From: an uncultured Prevotellaceae bacterium
GTDB lineage: Bacteria; Bacteroidota; Bacteroidia; Bacteroidales; Muribaculaceae
Assembly (NCBI GenBank): GCA_900318345.1
Contig: ONKD01000022.1
Location: 2,189-66,188 of the forward strand
Length of the DNA stretch: 64,000 nucleotides
Reading direction: 5' to 3'
Shown here: piece after piece, positions 50,927 to 60,285 of the stretch
How positions within the stretch are numbered: position 1 is the stretch's first letter
Layout: each line of letters opens with the position of its first letter
The notes under the pieces: model-generated
What the model saw: only the letters and a program-made list of their open reading frames with translations
Database searches by the model: none
Told to the model about the DNA's origin: nothing
Position numbers and translations under genes: made by a program

Positions 50927-51634
50927 ATGGATTTACTGCAAGCCATCAAGGAGCGCCACTCGGTGCGCAAGTATATCGAGCGCCCTATCGAGGCCGAGAA
51001 AGTCGCTGCAATCAGGCAGTTCATCGACGAGTGTAACCGCGAGAGCGGACTACACCTGCAGCTGGTGACCGAGGAACCGCTGGCCTTCTCAACGGGAATA
51101 TTCAGTTACGGGAAATTCACGGGCGTGACTAACTATATCGCCCTGGTCGCTCCCAAGCAAGGCGATTACCGCGAGGCCATCGGCTATCAAGGCGAGAAAA
51201 TTGTCCTGTTTATGCAGACGCTGGGACTGAACACCTGCTGGGTAGGACTCACGTTCAAGGACATCAAGGACGCTTATATCCTTAACCCTGGCGAGGATCT
51301 CAAGTTTGTCATCGCCTGTGGCTATGGCGAGGACGGTGGCGTGCAGCATCCCCAGAAAAAACCCATCACCCACTTCTATCGCGACAAGCGGGGAACTACC
51401 GAGCCCATGCCCGACTGGTTTATGCGCGGCCTCGAGGCCGCTATGATGGCACCCACTGCTGTCAATCAGCAGAAGTTCATGTTTACACTACAGCCCGATG
51501 GGCGCGTCGAGGCCAAAGCCAAGTTTGACTTCATCGGCTACTCACACTATGACTTGGGCATCGTGAAATACCACTTTGAAGTCGGCGCAGGAAAAGAGAA
51601 TTTCTCATGGGTATCATCCCCAGGCAGTAGGTAG
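50927..51634 (+). CDS. nitroreductase-family protein
   Basis: 235 aa. N-terminus LQAIKERHSVRKY is typical of the NADH/FMN nitroreductase fold. Confidence 0.8.
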   Translation: MDLLQAIKERHSVRKYIERPIEAEKVAAIRQFIDECNRESGLHLQLVTEEPLAFSTGIFSYGKFTGVTNYIALVAPKQGDYREAIGYQGEKIVLFMQTLGLNTCWVGLTFKDIKDAYILNPGEDLKFVIACGYGEDGGVQHPQKKPITHFYRDKRGTTEPMPDWFMRGLEAAMMAPTAVNQQKFMFTLQPDGRVEAKAKFDFIGYSHYDLGIVKYHFEVGAGKENFSWVSSPGSR

Positions 51635-51740
51635 CTTCTCGGCCATCAATCATCACTACCAAACTGTGATTGAAAAGACAAGACAATAGCCGAAATCATT
51701 TCTTTTCGATGCTTGGTTTTGTTTTCCCGATAATTATGTG

Positions 51741-51748
51741 TAATTTTG
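51741..51748 (+). promoter_or_regulatory. -7 box TAATTTTG (hydG)
   Basis: 50 nt upstream of ATG 51799. Confidence 0.5.
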
Positions 51749-51798
51749 CACATTAATAAAAAGAACCACTAATAACTCATTTTAATAGACAAGAGATT

Positions 51799-53214
51799 AT
51801 GTATAACGTCAAATCGAACCATGCCGATGAGTTCATCGACGATAGCGAAATACTAGAGACACTCGCCTATGCCGAGAAAAACAAGAGCAACCGCGCCCTG
51901 ATTGAACAAATCATTGACAAGGCCTCACTATGCAAGGGGTTGACCCACCGTGAGGCCGCCGTGTTGCTGGACTGCGACCAGCCCGACCTGATTGAGCGCT
52001 ATGAGCAGTTGGCCAAGGATGTGAAACGCCGTTTCTATGGCAACCGCATCGTGATGTTCGCCCCGCTCTATCTGTCTAACTACTGCATCAATGGCTGCGT
52101 GTACTGTCCTTACCATGCCAAGAACAAGACCATCCCGCGCAAGAAACTGAGCCAGGACGAGATACGTGCCGAAGTCGAGGCGCTGGTCAAGATGGGCCAC
52201 AAGCGCATTGCCCTGGAGGCTGGCGAACACCCCGTGATGAACCCGCTGGAATACATCCTAGAATCTATCCACACCATCTATAACACCAAGGTGGGCAACG
52301 GTGAAATCCGTCGCTTGAATGTGAATATCGCCGCTACCGAGGTCGAGGCCTACGAGAAACTCAAGGCCGCAGGCATCGGTACCTACATCCTGTTCCAGGA
52401 GACCTATAACCGCAAGAACTATGAGGCCCTGCATCCCACCGGTCCCAAGAGCAACTACTGCTATCACACCGAGGCGATGGATCGTGCCCAGCTGGGCGGT
52501 TGTGACGATGTGGGCATCGGCGTATTGTATGGCTTGACGACCTACCGCTATGACTTCGTGGGCTTGCTGATGCATGCCGAGCACCTTGAGGCCCGCTTCG
52601 GCGTGGGACCGCACACCATCAGCGTTCCGCGCATCTGCCCCGCCGAGGACATCTCGCTCGACGAGTTCCCCGATGTGCTGCCCGATGAGATCTTCTGCCG
52701 CATCATTGCGGTGATCCGCCTCGCCGTACCTTACACTGGCATGATCATCTCGACCCGCGAGAGCCAGAGCGTGCGTGCCAAGGTGCTTGACCTGGGCGTG
52801 TCACAGATCAGTGGCGGCAGCCGCACCAGCGTGGGTGGCTATACTACCGTTGAGCGCCACGACGAGACTGCGCAATTTGATGTGAGCGACACGCGCACCC
52901 TCGATGAGGTCATCAACTGGCTGCTCTCCATCGGCTACCTGCCCAGTTTCTGCACCGCCTGCTACCGTTCGGGACGCACCGGCGACCGCTTCATGGAGCT
53001 GTGCAAAGCTGGAAAGATTGGTGACATCTGCACTCCCAATGCGTTGATGACGCTCAAGGAGTACCTCATGGACTTTGCCAGCGAGGACACTATTGCCAAG
53101 GGCAATGTCCTCATCGAACAGGAGTTGGCTAAGATCAAGAATGCTCGCGTGCGTGAAATTGCCACCCAGCACATCAACGAGATTGCTGCTGGCCAGCGCG
53201 ACTTCTACTTCTAA
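51799..53214 (+). CDS. hydG: [FeFe]-hydrogenase H-cluster radical-SAM maturase HydG
   Basis: 471 aa. Radical-SAM CINGCVYC and the C-terminal auxiliary-cluster motif SFCTACYRSGRTGDRFMELCKAGKIGDICTPNAL that distinguishes HydG from ThiH. Confidence 0.88.
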   Translation: MYNVKSNHADEFIDDSEILETLAYAEKNKSNRALIEQIIDKASLCKGLTHREAAVLLDCDQPDLIERYEQLAKDVKRRFYGNRIVMFAPLYLSNYCINGCVYCPYHAKNKTIPRKKLSQDEIRAEVEALVKMGHKRIALEAGEHPVMNPLEYILESIHTIYNTKVGNGEIRRLNVNIAATEVEAYEKLKAAGIGTYILFQETYNRKNYEALHPTGPKSNYCYHTEAMDRAQLGGCDDVGIGVLYGLTTYRYDFVGLLMHAEHLEARFGVGPHTISVPRICPAEDISLDEFPDVLPDEIFCRIIAVIRLAVPYTGMIISTRESQSVRAKVLDLGVSQISGGSRTSVGGYTTVERHDETAQFDVSDTRTLDEVINWLLSIGYLPSFCTACYRSGRTGDRFMELCKAGKIGDICTPNALMTLKEYLMDFASEDTIAKGNVLIEQELAKIKNARVREIATQHINEIAAGQRDFYF

Positions 53215-53236
53215 GATTTAACAACAGAAAAAACCT

Positions 53237-53295
53237 CAAGGAATACAACAAAACAAATAAACCAAATCGTTATTCTGTATTTGTTGTATTCCTTG
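53237..53295 (+). other. perfect 16-bp inverted repeat in the hydG-hydF spacer
   Basis: CAAGGAATACAACAAA (53237-53252) and TTTGTTGTATTCCTTG (53280-53295) with a 27-nt loop. Ends 12 nt before the predicted hydF start. Confidence 0.7.
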
Positions 53296-53307
53296 CTTTA
53301 TATATAA

Positions 53308-54510
53308 TTGGAAGTGAACGGATTGAACAATACTCCCAGAAGTGAACGGTTGCACATCGCGTTGTTTGGACGGCGCAATGTAGGCAAGTCGTCTCTCATC
53401 AATGCACTCACGGGGCAACAGATTGCCATCGTGAGCGACGTGGCCGGCACTACGACCGACCCAGTGAGCAAATCGATGGAAATTCTGCCACTGGGCCCAT
53501 GTGTGCTGATTGACACGGCTGGATTTGACGACACGGGCGAGGTGGGTGACCTGCGCACCGAGCGAACCCGCGAAGTCATCAAGCAAGCTGACATCGCCAT
53601 ACTTGTCACTGACGGCACTACACTCGATAAAGAATTAGCGTGGGCCGCGCTACTCAAACAGGCCAACGTACCTTTTGTAGCCGTGCTGAATAAGGTGGAC
53701 TTGATGCACGAAGTGCCCTCTGCCGTACTCGCTGATATTGCCAAGCGGCTAGGCTGTGATGCCATTCCAGTCAGCGCCAAGAATGGAGATGGACTCAATC
53801 TACTGCGCAATACACTGGCAGGCCTGATGCCCGAGAGCGGGAGCCAGTCACTCACCGGCAATCTCGCCAAGGCGGGCGACACCGTGCTGCTGGTCATGCC
53901 ACAGGACCCTCAAGCGCCTAAAGGCCGACTCATCCTGCCACAGGTGCAGACCCTGCGTGACCTGATGGACAAAGGGTGTATTGCCATCTGCTGCACGACC
54001 GAGGATATTGACCGCACACTGGCCGCATTAAAGGAGCCGCCACACCTGATCATCACCGACTCCCAGGTGTTTGACATTGTGGAGCAAAAAAAGCCCGCTC
54101 AAAGCCAGCTAACCTCTTTTTCAGTACTGATGGCGGCCCATAAGGGTGACATCCGATACTTTGTGGAGAGTGCCCTGGCCATCGACAGATTGACTGAACA
54201 ATCCCGAGTGCTCATTGCCGAGGCTTGTACTCATGCCCCGCTGGCTGAGGACATCGGCAGGGAAAAAATTCCCCGCATGCTACGACAGCGTGTGGGACAA
54301 GGATTGACGGTGGATATTGTGGCTGGTAAAGATTTTCCGTCCGACGTGACAGGCTATAACCTCGTTATCCATTGCGGCGGCTGCATGTTTAACCGCAAGT
54401 TCATGCTCTCTCGAGTGGAACAATGCCGTACCCAGGGTGTGCCCATGACTAACTATGGCATCACCATCGCCCATGTCAAGGGCATTCTCGCTAAAGTCTC
54501 CATCCCTTGA
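53308..54510 (+). CDS. hydF: [FeFe]-hydrogenase H-cluster maturation GTPase HydF
   Basis: GTPase motifs GRRNVGKSSLINAL, DTAG and NKVD. C-terminal cluster ligands CTH...HCGGC. No ATG near the 5' end; TTG 53308 or GTG 53314 are the candidate starts. Confidence 0.85.
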   Translation: MEVNGLNNTPRSERLHIALFGRRNVGKSSLINALTGQQIAIVSDVAGTTTDPVSKSMEILPLGPCVLIDTAGFDDTGEVGDLRTERTREVIKQADIAILVTDGTTLDKELAWAALLKQANVPFVAVLNKVDLMHEVPSAVLADIAKRLGCDAIPVSAKNGDGLNLLRNTLAGLMPESGSQSLTGNLAKAGDTVLLVMPQDPQAPKGRLILPQVQTLRDLMDKGCIAICCTTEDIDRTLAALKEPPHLIITDSQVFDIVEQKKPAQSQLTSFSVLMAAHKGDIRYFVESALAIDRLTEQSRVLIAEACTHAPLAEDIGREKIPRMLRQRVGQGLTVDIVAGKDFPSDVTGYNLVIHCGGCMFNRKFMLSRVEQCRTQGVPMTNYGITIAHVKGILAKVSIP

Positions 54511-54530
54511 CATATCCATCAAAATCAAAA

Positions 54531-54565
54531 AAAATCCGTGTAAACTCATGATTTACACGGATTTT
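54531..54565. terminator. bidirectional terminator between convergent hydF and dnaK
   Basis: AAAATCCGTGTAAA (54531-54544) and TTTACACGGATTTT (54552-54565): perfect 14-bp stem with A-runs and T-runs on both sides. Confidence 0.75.
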
Positions 54566-54589
54566 AATATTGTTTGGATTACTACTGTG

Positions 54590-56518
54590 TTACTTCACTT
54601 CCTCATAGGTAGTGTCCTCGACGTTGTCGCCGCCCTGATTAGGATTGCCACCCTGTTGGGGACCACCCTGGAAGCCACCACCCATGTTATTGGGGTCGAA
54701 ACCTGCACCAGGCTGTCCCTGTGCACCACCGGCCTGCTGATACATCTTCTCGAAGAGCGAGTTCAACTCGGCCGTTGCGGTATCGATGGCAGCGAGATCC
54801 TGGCTCTTGTGAGCATCTTTCAGCTTGCCAAGGGCACCCTCAATCTGGCTCTTGATGTCGGCGGGGAGCTTGTCGCCGCTGTCCTTGAGCACCTTCTCGG
54901 TTTGGAAGATGAGGGCATCAGCACCATTGATCTTATCGATGCGCTCCTTCTCGGCAGCGTCGGCTGCAGCGTTAGCCGTAGCCTCGTCCTTCATGCGCTG
55001 GATTTCGGCGTCACTCAAACCGCTCGAAGCCTCGATGCGGATGCTCTGCTCCTTGCCGGTAGCCTTGTCCTTGGCGCTCACGTTCATGATACCGTTGGCA
55101 TCGACCTCAAAGGTCACCTCAATTTGAGGAATGCCACGGGGAGCGGGAGCGATGCCATCAAGGTGGAAGCGGCCCAGAGTCTTGCAGTCCTTAGCCATGG
55201 GACGCTCGCCCTGCAGGACGTGAATCTCTACCTCAGGCTGGTTGTCGGCAGCGGTCGAGAAGACCTGACTGCGGCGGGCAGGAATGGTCGTGTTTGCCTC
55301 GATGAGCTTGGTCATCACGCCGCCCAGAGTCTCGATACCCACGCTCAGGGGCACAACATCGAGCAGCAGCACATCCTTGACATCGCCAGTGAGCACACCA
55401 CCCTGGATGGCAGCACCAACAGCCACTACCTCGTCGGGGTTAACACCCTTAGACGGAGCCTTGCCGAAGAATTTCTCAACAATCTGCTGAACGGCGGGAA
55501 TACGGGTCGAGCCGCCCACGAGGATCACCTCGTTGATGTCGCTGGTATTCAAACCGGCATCGGCAAGCGCCTTGCGGCAGGGCTCGATGGTGCTCTGAAT
55601 CAAGTCATCGCACAGTTGCTCAAACTTGGCACGCGACAGGGTCTTTACCAGGTGTTTGGGCATACCGTCAAGTTGGGTGATGTAAGGCAGATTGATCTCG
55701 GTGCTAGTTGAACTAGAGAGTTCAATCTTAGCCTTCTCGGCAGCCTCTTTCAAGCGCTGGAGCGCCATGGGATCCTTGCGCAGATCCATGTTGTTCTCCT
55801 GCTGGAACTCATCGGCAAGCCAAGTGATGATGCGCTGGTCAAAGTCGTCACCACCCAGGTGGGTGTCACCATTGGTGGCCTTTACCTCAAACACGCCGTC
55901 ACCCAATTCCAGGATAGAGATATCAAACGTACCACCACCAAGGTCAAACACGGCAATGCGCTTGTCGCTGTTGTCCTTATCCAGACCATAAGCCAATGCG
56001 GCGGCGGTGGGCTCGTTCACGATGCGCTGCACCTTCAGACCGGCGATTTCGCCAGCTTCCTTGGTGGCCTTGCGCTGTGAGTCGTTAAAATAAGCAGGCA
56101 CGGTGATGACAGCCTCGTCAACGGTTGTACCCAAGTAATCCTCGGCAGTCTTCTTCATCTTTTGAAGAATCATGGCCGAAATCTCCTGCGGTGTGTACTG
56201 GCGGCCGTCGATCTCAACGCGGGGCTGGTTGCTACCGTTGTTGATGACCTTATAGGGCATGCGGTTCACATCGTTCAAGACGTGGTCATAGGTCTCACCC
56301 ATGAAACGCTTGATGGAGAAAACAGTTCCCGTGGGGTTCATAATGGCCTGACGCTTTGCGGGATCACCCACGATGCGCTCGCCACCATCCTTGAAAGCTA
56401 CCACCGAGGGGGTGGTGTTTCTTCCTTCGCTGTTAGGAATAACAACAGGCTTTGAACCTTCCAGAACCGAAACACACGAGTTAGTTGTACCTAAATCGAT
56501 TCCAATAATCTTTCCCAT
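54590..56518 (-). CDS. dnaK: molecular chaperone DnaK (Hsp70)
   Basis: 642 aa. [20 protein letters not shown] and the other canonical Hsp70 signatures. Confidence 0.97.
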   Translation of the reverse strand: MGKIIGIDLGTTNSCVSVLEGSKPVVIPNSEGRNTTPSVVAFKDGGERIVGDPAKRQAIMNPTGTVFSIKRFMGETYDHVLNDVNRMPYKVINNGSNQPRVEIDGRQYTPQEISAMILQKMKKTAEDYLGTTVDEAVITVPAYFNDSQRKATKEAGEIAGLKVQRIVNEPTAAALAYGLDKDNSDKRIAVFDLGGGTFDISILELGDGVFEVKATNGDTHLGGDDFDQRIITWLADEFQQENNMDLRKDPMALQRLKEAAEKAKIELSSSTSTEINLPYITQLDGMPKHLVKTLSRAKFEQLCDDLIQSTIEPCRKALADAGLNTSDINEVILVGGSTRIPAVQQIVEKFFGKAPSKGVNPDEVVAVGAAIQGGVLTGDVKDVLLLDVVPLSVGIETLGGVMTKLIEANTTIPARRSQVFSTAADNQPEVEIHVLQGERPMAKDCKTLGRFHLDGIAPAPRGIPQIEVTFEVDANGIMNVSAKDKATGKEQSIRIEASSGLSDAEIQRMKDEATANAAADAAEKERIDKINGADALIFQTEKVLKDSGDKLPADIKSQIEGALGKLKDAHKSQDLAAIDTATAELNSLFEKMYQQAGGAQGQPGAGFDPNNMGGGFQGGPQQGGNPNQGGDNVEDTTYEEVK

Positions 56519-56709
56519 AATTTAATCTCTCTTTCTTTATTTTATTTTAGTTGTTAATAATCATTTATTATATATTATAATATGGTGACTTGTGAAATAG
56601 CACCAATTACCTTAGCCATATCTGCAAAGGATGTGCCAAAACATGACGGCTGACACATTGTCAGCAAAAGTGACACTTCCAAAAAGTCACATTTCTCATT
56701 TATTTGTGT

Positions 56710-56717
56710 TAACTTTG
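56710..56717 (+). promoter_or_regulatory. -7 box TAACTTTG (GH13)
   Basis: 23 nt upstream of ATG 56741. Confidence 0.5.
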
Positions 56718-56740
56718 CAAAAATCAAAACAAGCATCGAC

Positions 56741-58441
56741 ATGCGACACCTATTATTGATCATCACGGCCATACTCGCCTCACTGGCGCTGCAGGCACAA
56801 AACAAGGGGCCCGAATGGCTTTCAGAAGCCGTTATCTATCAGATTTATCCGTCCTCATTCATGGACAGCGACGATGACGGTATTGGAGACATTAATGGTA
56901 TCATCTCCAAGTTGGATTATGTGCAGCGGTTAGGTGTCAACACGATCTGGTTCTGTCCGATGTTTGCCTCGACATGGCAGGACGGCGGATATGACGTGAC
57001 CGACTTTTACAGCATTGACCCCCGTTTTGGCAGTAACGATGACATGAAACGCCTGGTTCTCGAGGCACACATCCGTGGCCTCAAAGTATGTCTTGACCTT
57101 GTAGCAGGGCACACGAGCGACCAGCATCCATGGTTCAAGGCATCGGCAAGGCAAGATGCCAACCGCTACTCAGACTATTACATGTGGACCGACAGCATCA
57201 GTGAAGCCGAATTAGCGACCCTGGAACGACGCCACCGCACCCATGACCCCGCCATCGCCACTTGGGGCAGCTATGGCCTGGCCAACGCTCCCAGGGCGAA
57301 ATACTACCGGAAAAATTACTTTGAGTTCCAGCCCGCGCTCAATTATGGCTATGCCAACCCTGACCCATCCGACCCCATGCAGCAACCGATCGATGCTGCT
57401 GGGCCTAAATTGGTCAAACAGGAAATGCGCAAAATCATTGCTTACTGGCTGGACATGGGTGTTGACGGTTTTCGCGTCGATATGGCATCGTCGCTCATCA
57501 AGAACGACACTGACAAGAGTGAGAACATCAAACTGTGGCAGCAAATGCGGCGATGGATGGAAAAGCACTATCCGCAATGTGTCCTCATTGCCGAGTGGAG
57601 CAATCCAGAACAGGCCTTGCAGTCGGCATTTCATATTGATTTCATGATCCACTTTGGGCTGCGAGGATATGATGCCCTGTTTTTCCCGAAAGGCGCGCCC
57701 GATTGCGGCCCCTACGACTACTGCTACTTTGACGCCAGTGGCTTGGGTGACGCCACGCCATTTATCACCAATTTCACTAAAGCTTACACCGCTACCCGCG
57801 AGTTGGGCTACATCTCCATCCCCACGGGCAATCACGACATCATCCGTCCCAATTACGGCACCCGCAACACGGTCGAGCAACTTAAGGTGAAAATGCTGTT
57901 CCATCTCACCATGCCTGGTGTGCCCTGCATCTATTATGGTGACGAGATTGGCATGAAATATCAGCCTGGACTGCCTAGCAAGGAGGGTTCTAGAGAAAGA
58001 GCCGGCTCGCGCACGCCAATGCAGTGGACCGAAGGCTGGAACGCTGGCTACTCGACCTGCGATCCACGCATGCTGTATCTGCCCCTTGCTACCGAGGGAG
58101 GCACACTAACCGTCGAAGCCCAGGACAAAGACAAGAACTCGCTACTCAACTTCACGCGCGCGCTCATCAAGTTGCGCCACCAGTTGCCGGCATTGGGTAA
58201 TGACGGCTCATGGCAGATGCTTAGCGATCCTGCCCGCTATCCCATGGTTTTCCAGCGCGAGAAAGACGGTCAGCGCCTTGTTGTCGTCATCAATCCCAGC
58301 GGAAAGAAAGCAAACACCAGTTTTGACACTCAAGCTATCTCAGGAAAAGAAGTCTTCTCGACGGGTAAGGTCCACTATAGCATCGGCAAACAACTGGATC
58401 ACGTCACCGTACAGCCCTTCTCGGCCGCCATTTTCCAGTGA
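56741..58441 (+). CDS. GH13 alpha-amylase-family glycosidase (alpha-glucosidase/oligo-1,6-glucosidase-like), secreted
   Basis: Signal peptide. GH13 conserved regions DLVAGHT, GFRVDMA, AEW and GNHD. Confidence 0.88.
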   Translation: MRHLLLIITAILASLALQAQNKGPEWLSEAVIYQIYPSSFMDSDDDGIGDINGIISKLDYVQRLGVNTIWFCPMFASTWQDGGYDVTDFYSIDPRFGSNDDMKRLVLEAHIRGLKVCLDLVAGHTSDQHPWFKASARQDANRYSDYYMWTDSISEAELATLERRHRTHDPAIATWGSYGLANAPRAKYYRKNYFEFQPALNYGYANPDPSDPMQQPIDAAGPKLVKQEMRKIIAYWLDMGVDGFRVDMASSLIKNDTDKSENIKLWQQMRRWMEKHYPQCVLIAEWSNPEQALQSAFHIDFMIHFGLRGYDALFFPKGAPDCGPYDYCYFDASGLGDATPFITNFTKAYTATRELGYISIPTGNHDIIRPNYGTRNTVEQLKVKMLFHLTMPGVPCIYYGDEIGMKYQPGLPSKEGSRERAGSRTPMQWTEGWNAGYSTCDPRMLYLPLATEGGTLTVEAQDKDKNSLLNFTRALIKLRHQLPALGNDGSWQMLSDPARYPMVFQREKDGQRLVVVINPSGKKANTSFDTQAISGKEVFSTGKVHYSIGKQLDHVTVQPFSAAIFQ

Positions 58442-58645
58442 TGTGAATTTGTCGTTTTTGCTCCAATCGTGATGACCCATGAAGAGATTTTCATGTTTTA
58501 TTCAAGATTCATAAACAATTCAGGAGCGAATTGCCACTTTTTTATTAACTTTGCTTGCTAGTGAAGGTAGGCTGCGAGGTAGGCTGCGTTTCGTGATTGC
58601 AAACAAAAAATTGGTTTTTTGTTTGGCACTCCGCTCAACTTGCAC

Positions 58646-58653
58646 TACCTTTG
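58646..58653 (+). promoter_or_regulatory. -7 box TACCTTTG (udk-lptB)
   Basis: 67 nt upstream of ATG 58721. Confidence 0.5.
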
Positions 58654-58720
58654 TATGTTTGAACTTTGCCTTCAAGGCAATTCAAAAGAATTGTGGGACT
58701 AATAAAATCAAGTTAATATT

Positions 58721-59344
58721 ATGATTATCATCGGTATTGCCGGTGGCACCGGCTCAGGTAAAACTACAGTAGTACGCAAAATCATGGAACGCCTGCCCGA
58801 GGGCGAGGTGGGTGTCATCTCTCAGGATTCCTATTACAAAGACTCGAGCCACGTGCCTGTCGAAGAACGTCAAAACATCAACTTTGACGAGCCGGCAGCC
58901 TTTGACTGGAACCTGCTGCTGGAGCACGTGAAGATGCTCAAGCGTGGCGAGTCCATCGAAATGCCCACCTACAGTTACCTGACCTGCTCACGCCAGGAGG
59001 AGACCGTTCCCATGGGTCCTCACGATGTGGTCATCATCGAGGGTATCATGGCACTGGTAGATGCACGATTGAGGAAGATGATGGACATCAAAGTGTTTGT
59101 CGATGCCGATGGCGATGATCGCCTGATTCGCGTCATCTCACGTGACTGCATCGAGCGCGGCCGCACTGCCGAGGCTGTTATTGAGCGTTACCAGCGTGTA
59201 CTCAAGCCTATGCATCAGCTGCACATCGAACCTACCAAGAAATTTGCCAACATCATCATCCCCGAGGGTGGTAACAACGAGGTCGCCATCAACCTCATCA
59301 CTGACTATATCAAGGGTCGCTTGACCACTGGCAAGAAGAAATGA
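58721..59344 (+). CDS. udk: uridine kinase
   Basis: 207 aa. P-loop [12 protein letters not shown] and the uridine kinase core ([16 protein letters not shown]). Confidence 0.92.
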   Translation: MIIIGIAGGTGSGKTTVVRKIMERLPEGEVGVISQDSYYKDSSHVPVEERQNINFDEPAAFDWNLLLEHVKMLKRGESIEMPTYSYLTCSRQEETVPMGPHDVVIIEGIMALVDARLRKMMDIKVFVDADGDDRLIRVISRDCIERGRTAEAVIERYQRVLKPMHQLHIEPTKKFANIIIPEGGNNEVAINLITDYIKGRLTTGKKK

Positions 59345-60186
59345 AACTGCCCTGGCAAAACAACGGCAAGGCCGAGCAGAGCACAGGCGTGAAGCCCGGT
59401 GACAAACAAACCGCGGCACGCCTTAACGCATCAGGTGAGGCGGGTACGCTCGTGCTCAGCACCGACAACCTTGTGAAGAAATACCGCCAGCGCACGGTCG
59501 TCAACCACGTTTCTATCAATCTGCATCAGGGTGAGATCGTTGGACTGCTGGGGCCCAACGGCGCCGGCAAGACCACGACGTTCTACATGACCACGGGCCT
59601 CATCACGCCCAATGAGGGGCGCGTGTTCCTCAATGATGTGGACATCACCACCCTACCCGTCTATAAGCGCGCTCAGTTGGGCATCGGCTACCTGCCACAG
59701 GAGGCCTCGGTATTCCGCACCTTGAGCGTCGAGGACAATATCCGCACCGTGCTGGAGATGACCACGCTCACTCCTGCCGAGCAAAAAGACCGCCTGGAGC
59801 AACTCATCAGCGAGTTCCACCTGCAGAAGGTGCGCAAGAACCTGGGTAACCGCCTCTCGGGTGGCGAGCGCCGCCGCACCGAGATTGCCCGCGGCCTGGC
59901 CATCAACCCGCGATTCATCATGCTTGATGAGCCATTTGCCGGTGTAGACCCTATCGCAGTTGAGGACATCCAGAGCATTGTCTATAGCCTCAAGAGCAAG
60001 AACATCGGCATCCTTATCACCGACCACAACGCCCCCGAGACTTTGAGCATCACCGACAGGGCCTATCTGCTGTTTGAAGGCAAAATCCTGTTCCAGGGCA
60101 CCAGCGAGGAACTGGCCGAGAACCCCACCGTGCGTGACAAGTACCTGGGTCACAACTTCGTCTTCCGCCGCAAGCACTTCGACTGA
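59341..60186 (+). CDS. lptB: LPS export ABC transporter ATP-binding protein LptB
   Basis: Walker [10 protein letters not shown], signature LSGGERRR and Walker B IMLDEP. The ATG at 59341 overlaps the udk stop (ATGA) and gives a ~37-aa N-terminal extension. GTG 59452 would give a canonical-length protein. Confidence 0.88.
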   Translation: MKLPWQNNGKAEQSTGVKPGDKQTAARLNASGEAGTLVLSTDNLVKKYRQRTVVNHVSINLHQGEIVGLLGPNGAGKTTTFYMTTGLITPNEGRVFLNDVDITTLPVYKRAQLGIGYLPQEASVFRTLSVEDNIRTVLEMTTLTPAEQKDRLEQLISEFHLQKVRKNLGNRLSGGERRRTEIARGLAINPRFIMLDEPFAGVDPIAVEDIQSIVYSLKSKNIGILITDHNAPETLSITDRAYLLFEGKILFQGTSEELAENPTVRDKYLGHNFVFRRKHFD

Positions 60187-60219
60187 TTCTTCTTTTCAAA
60201 CAACTTGAACAACAGAATA

Positions 60220-60265
60220 ACAACCGGGACAACAACGATGATATAAAAAGTGTTGTCCCGGTTGT
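60220..60265. terminator. bidirectional stem-loop between convergent lptB and the phosphoesterase/propeller gene
   Basis: ACAACCGGGACAACA (60220-60234) and TGTTGTCCCGGTTGT (60251-60265): perfect 15-bp stem. Confidence 0.65.
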
Positions 60266-60285
60266 AATTGTATTGTTATGTTTGA

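Noticed and set aside
54455-55711. 418-aa plus-strand ORF opposite dnaK
   Set aside because: It lies entirely antisense to an unambiguous Hsp70 gene. Its composition is Leu/Gly/Ala/Val-rich and low in complexity, typical of shadow ORFs in GC-rich codon position 3 genes. It has no promoter box and no recognisable domain.
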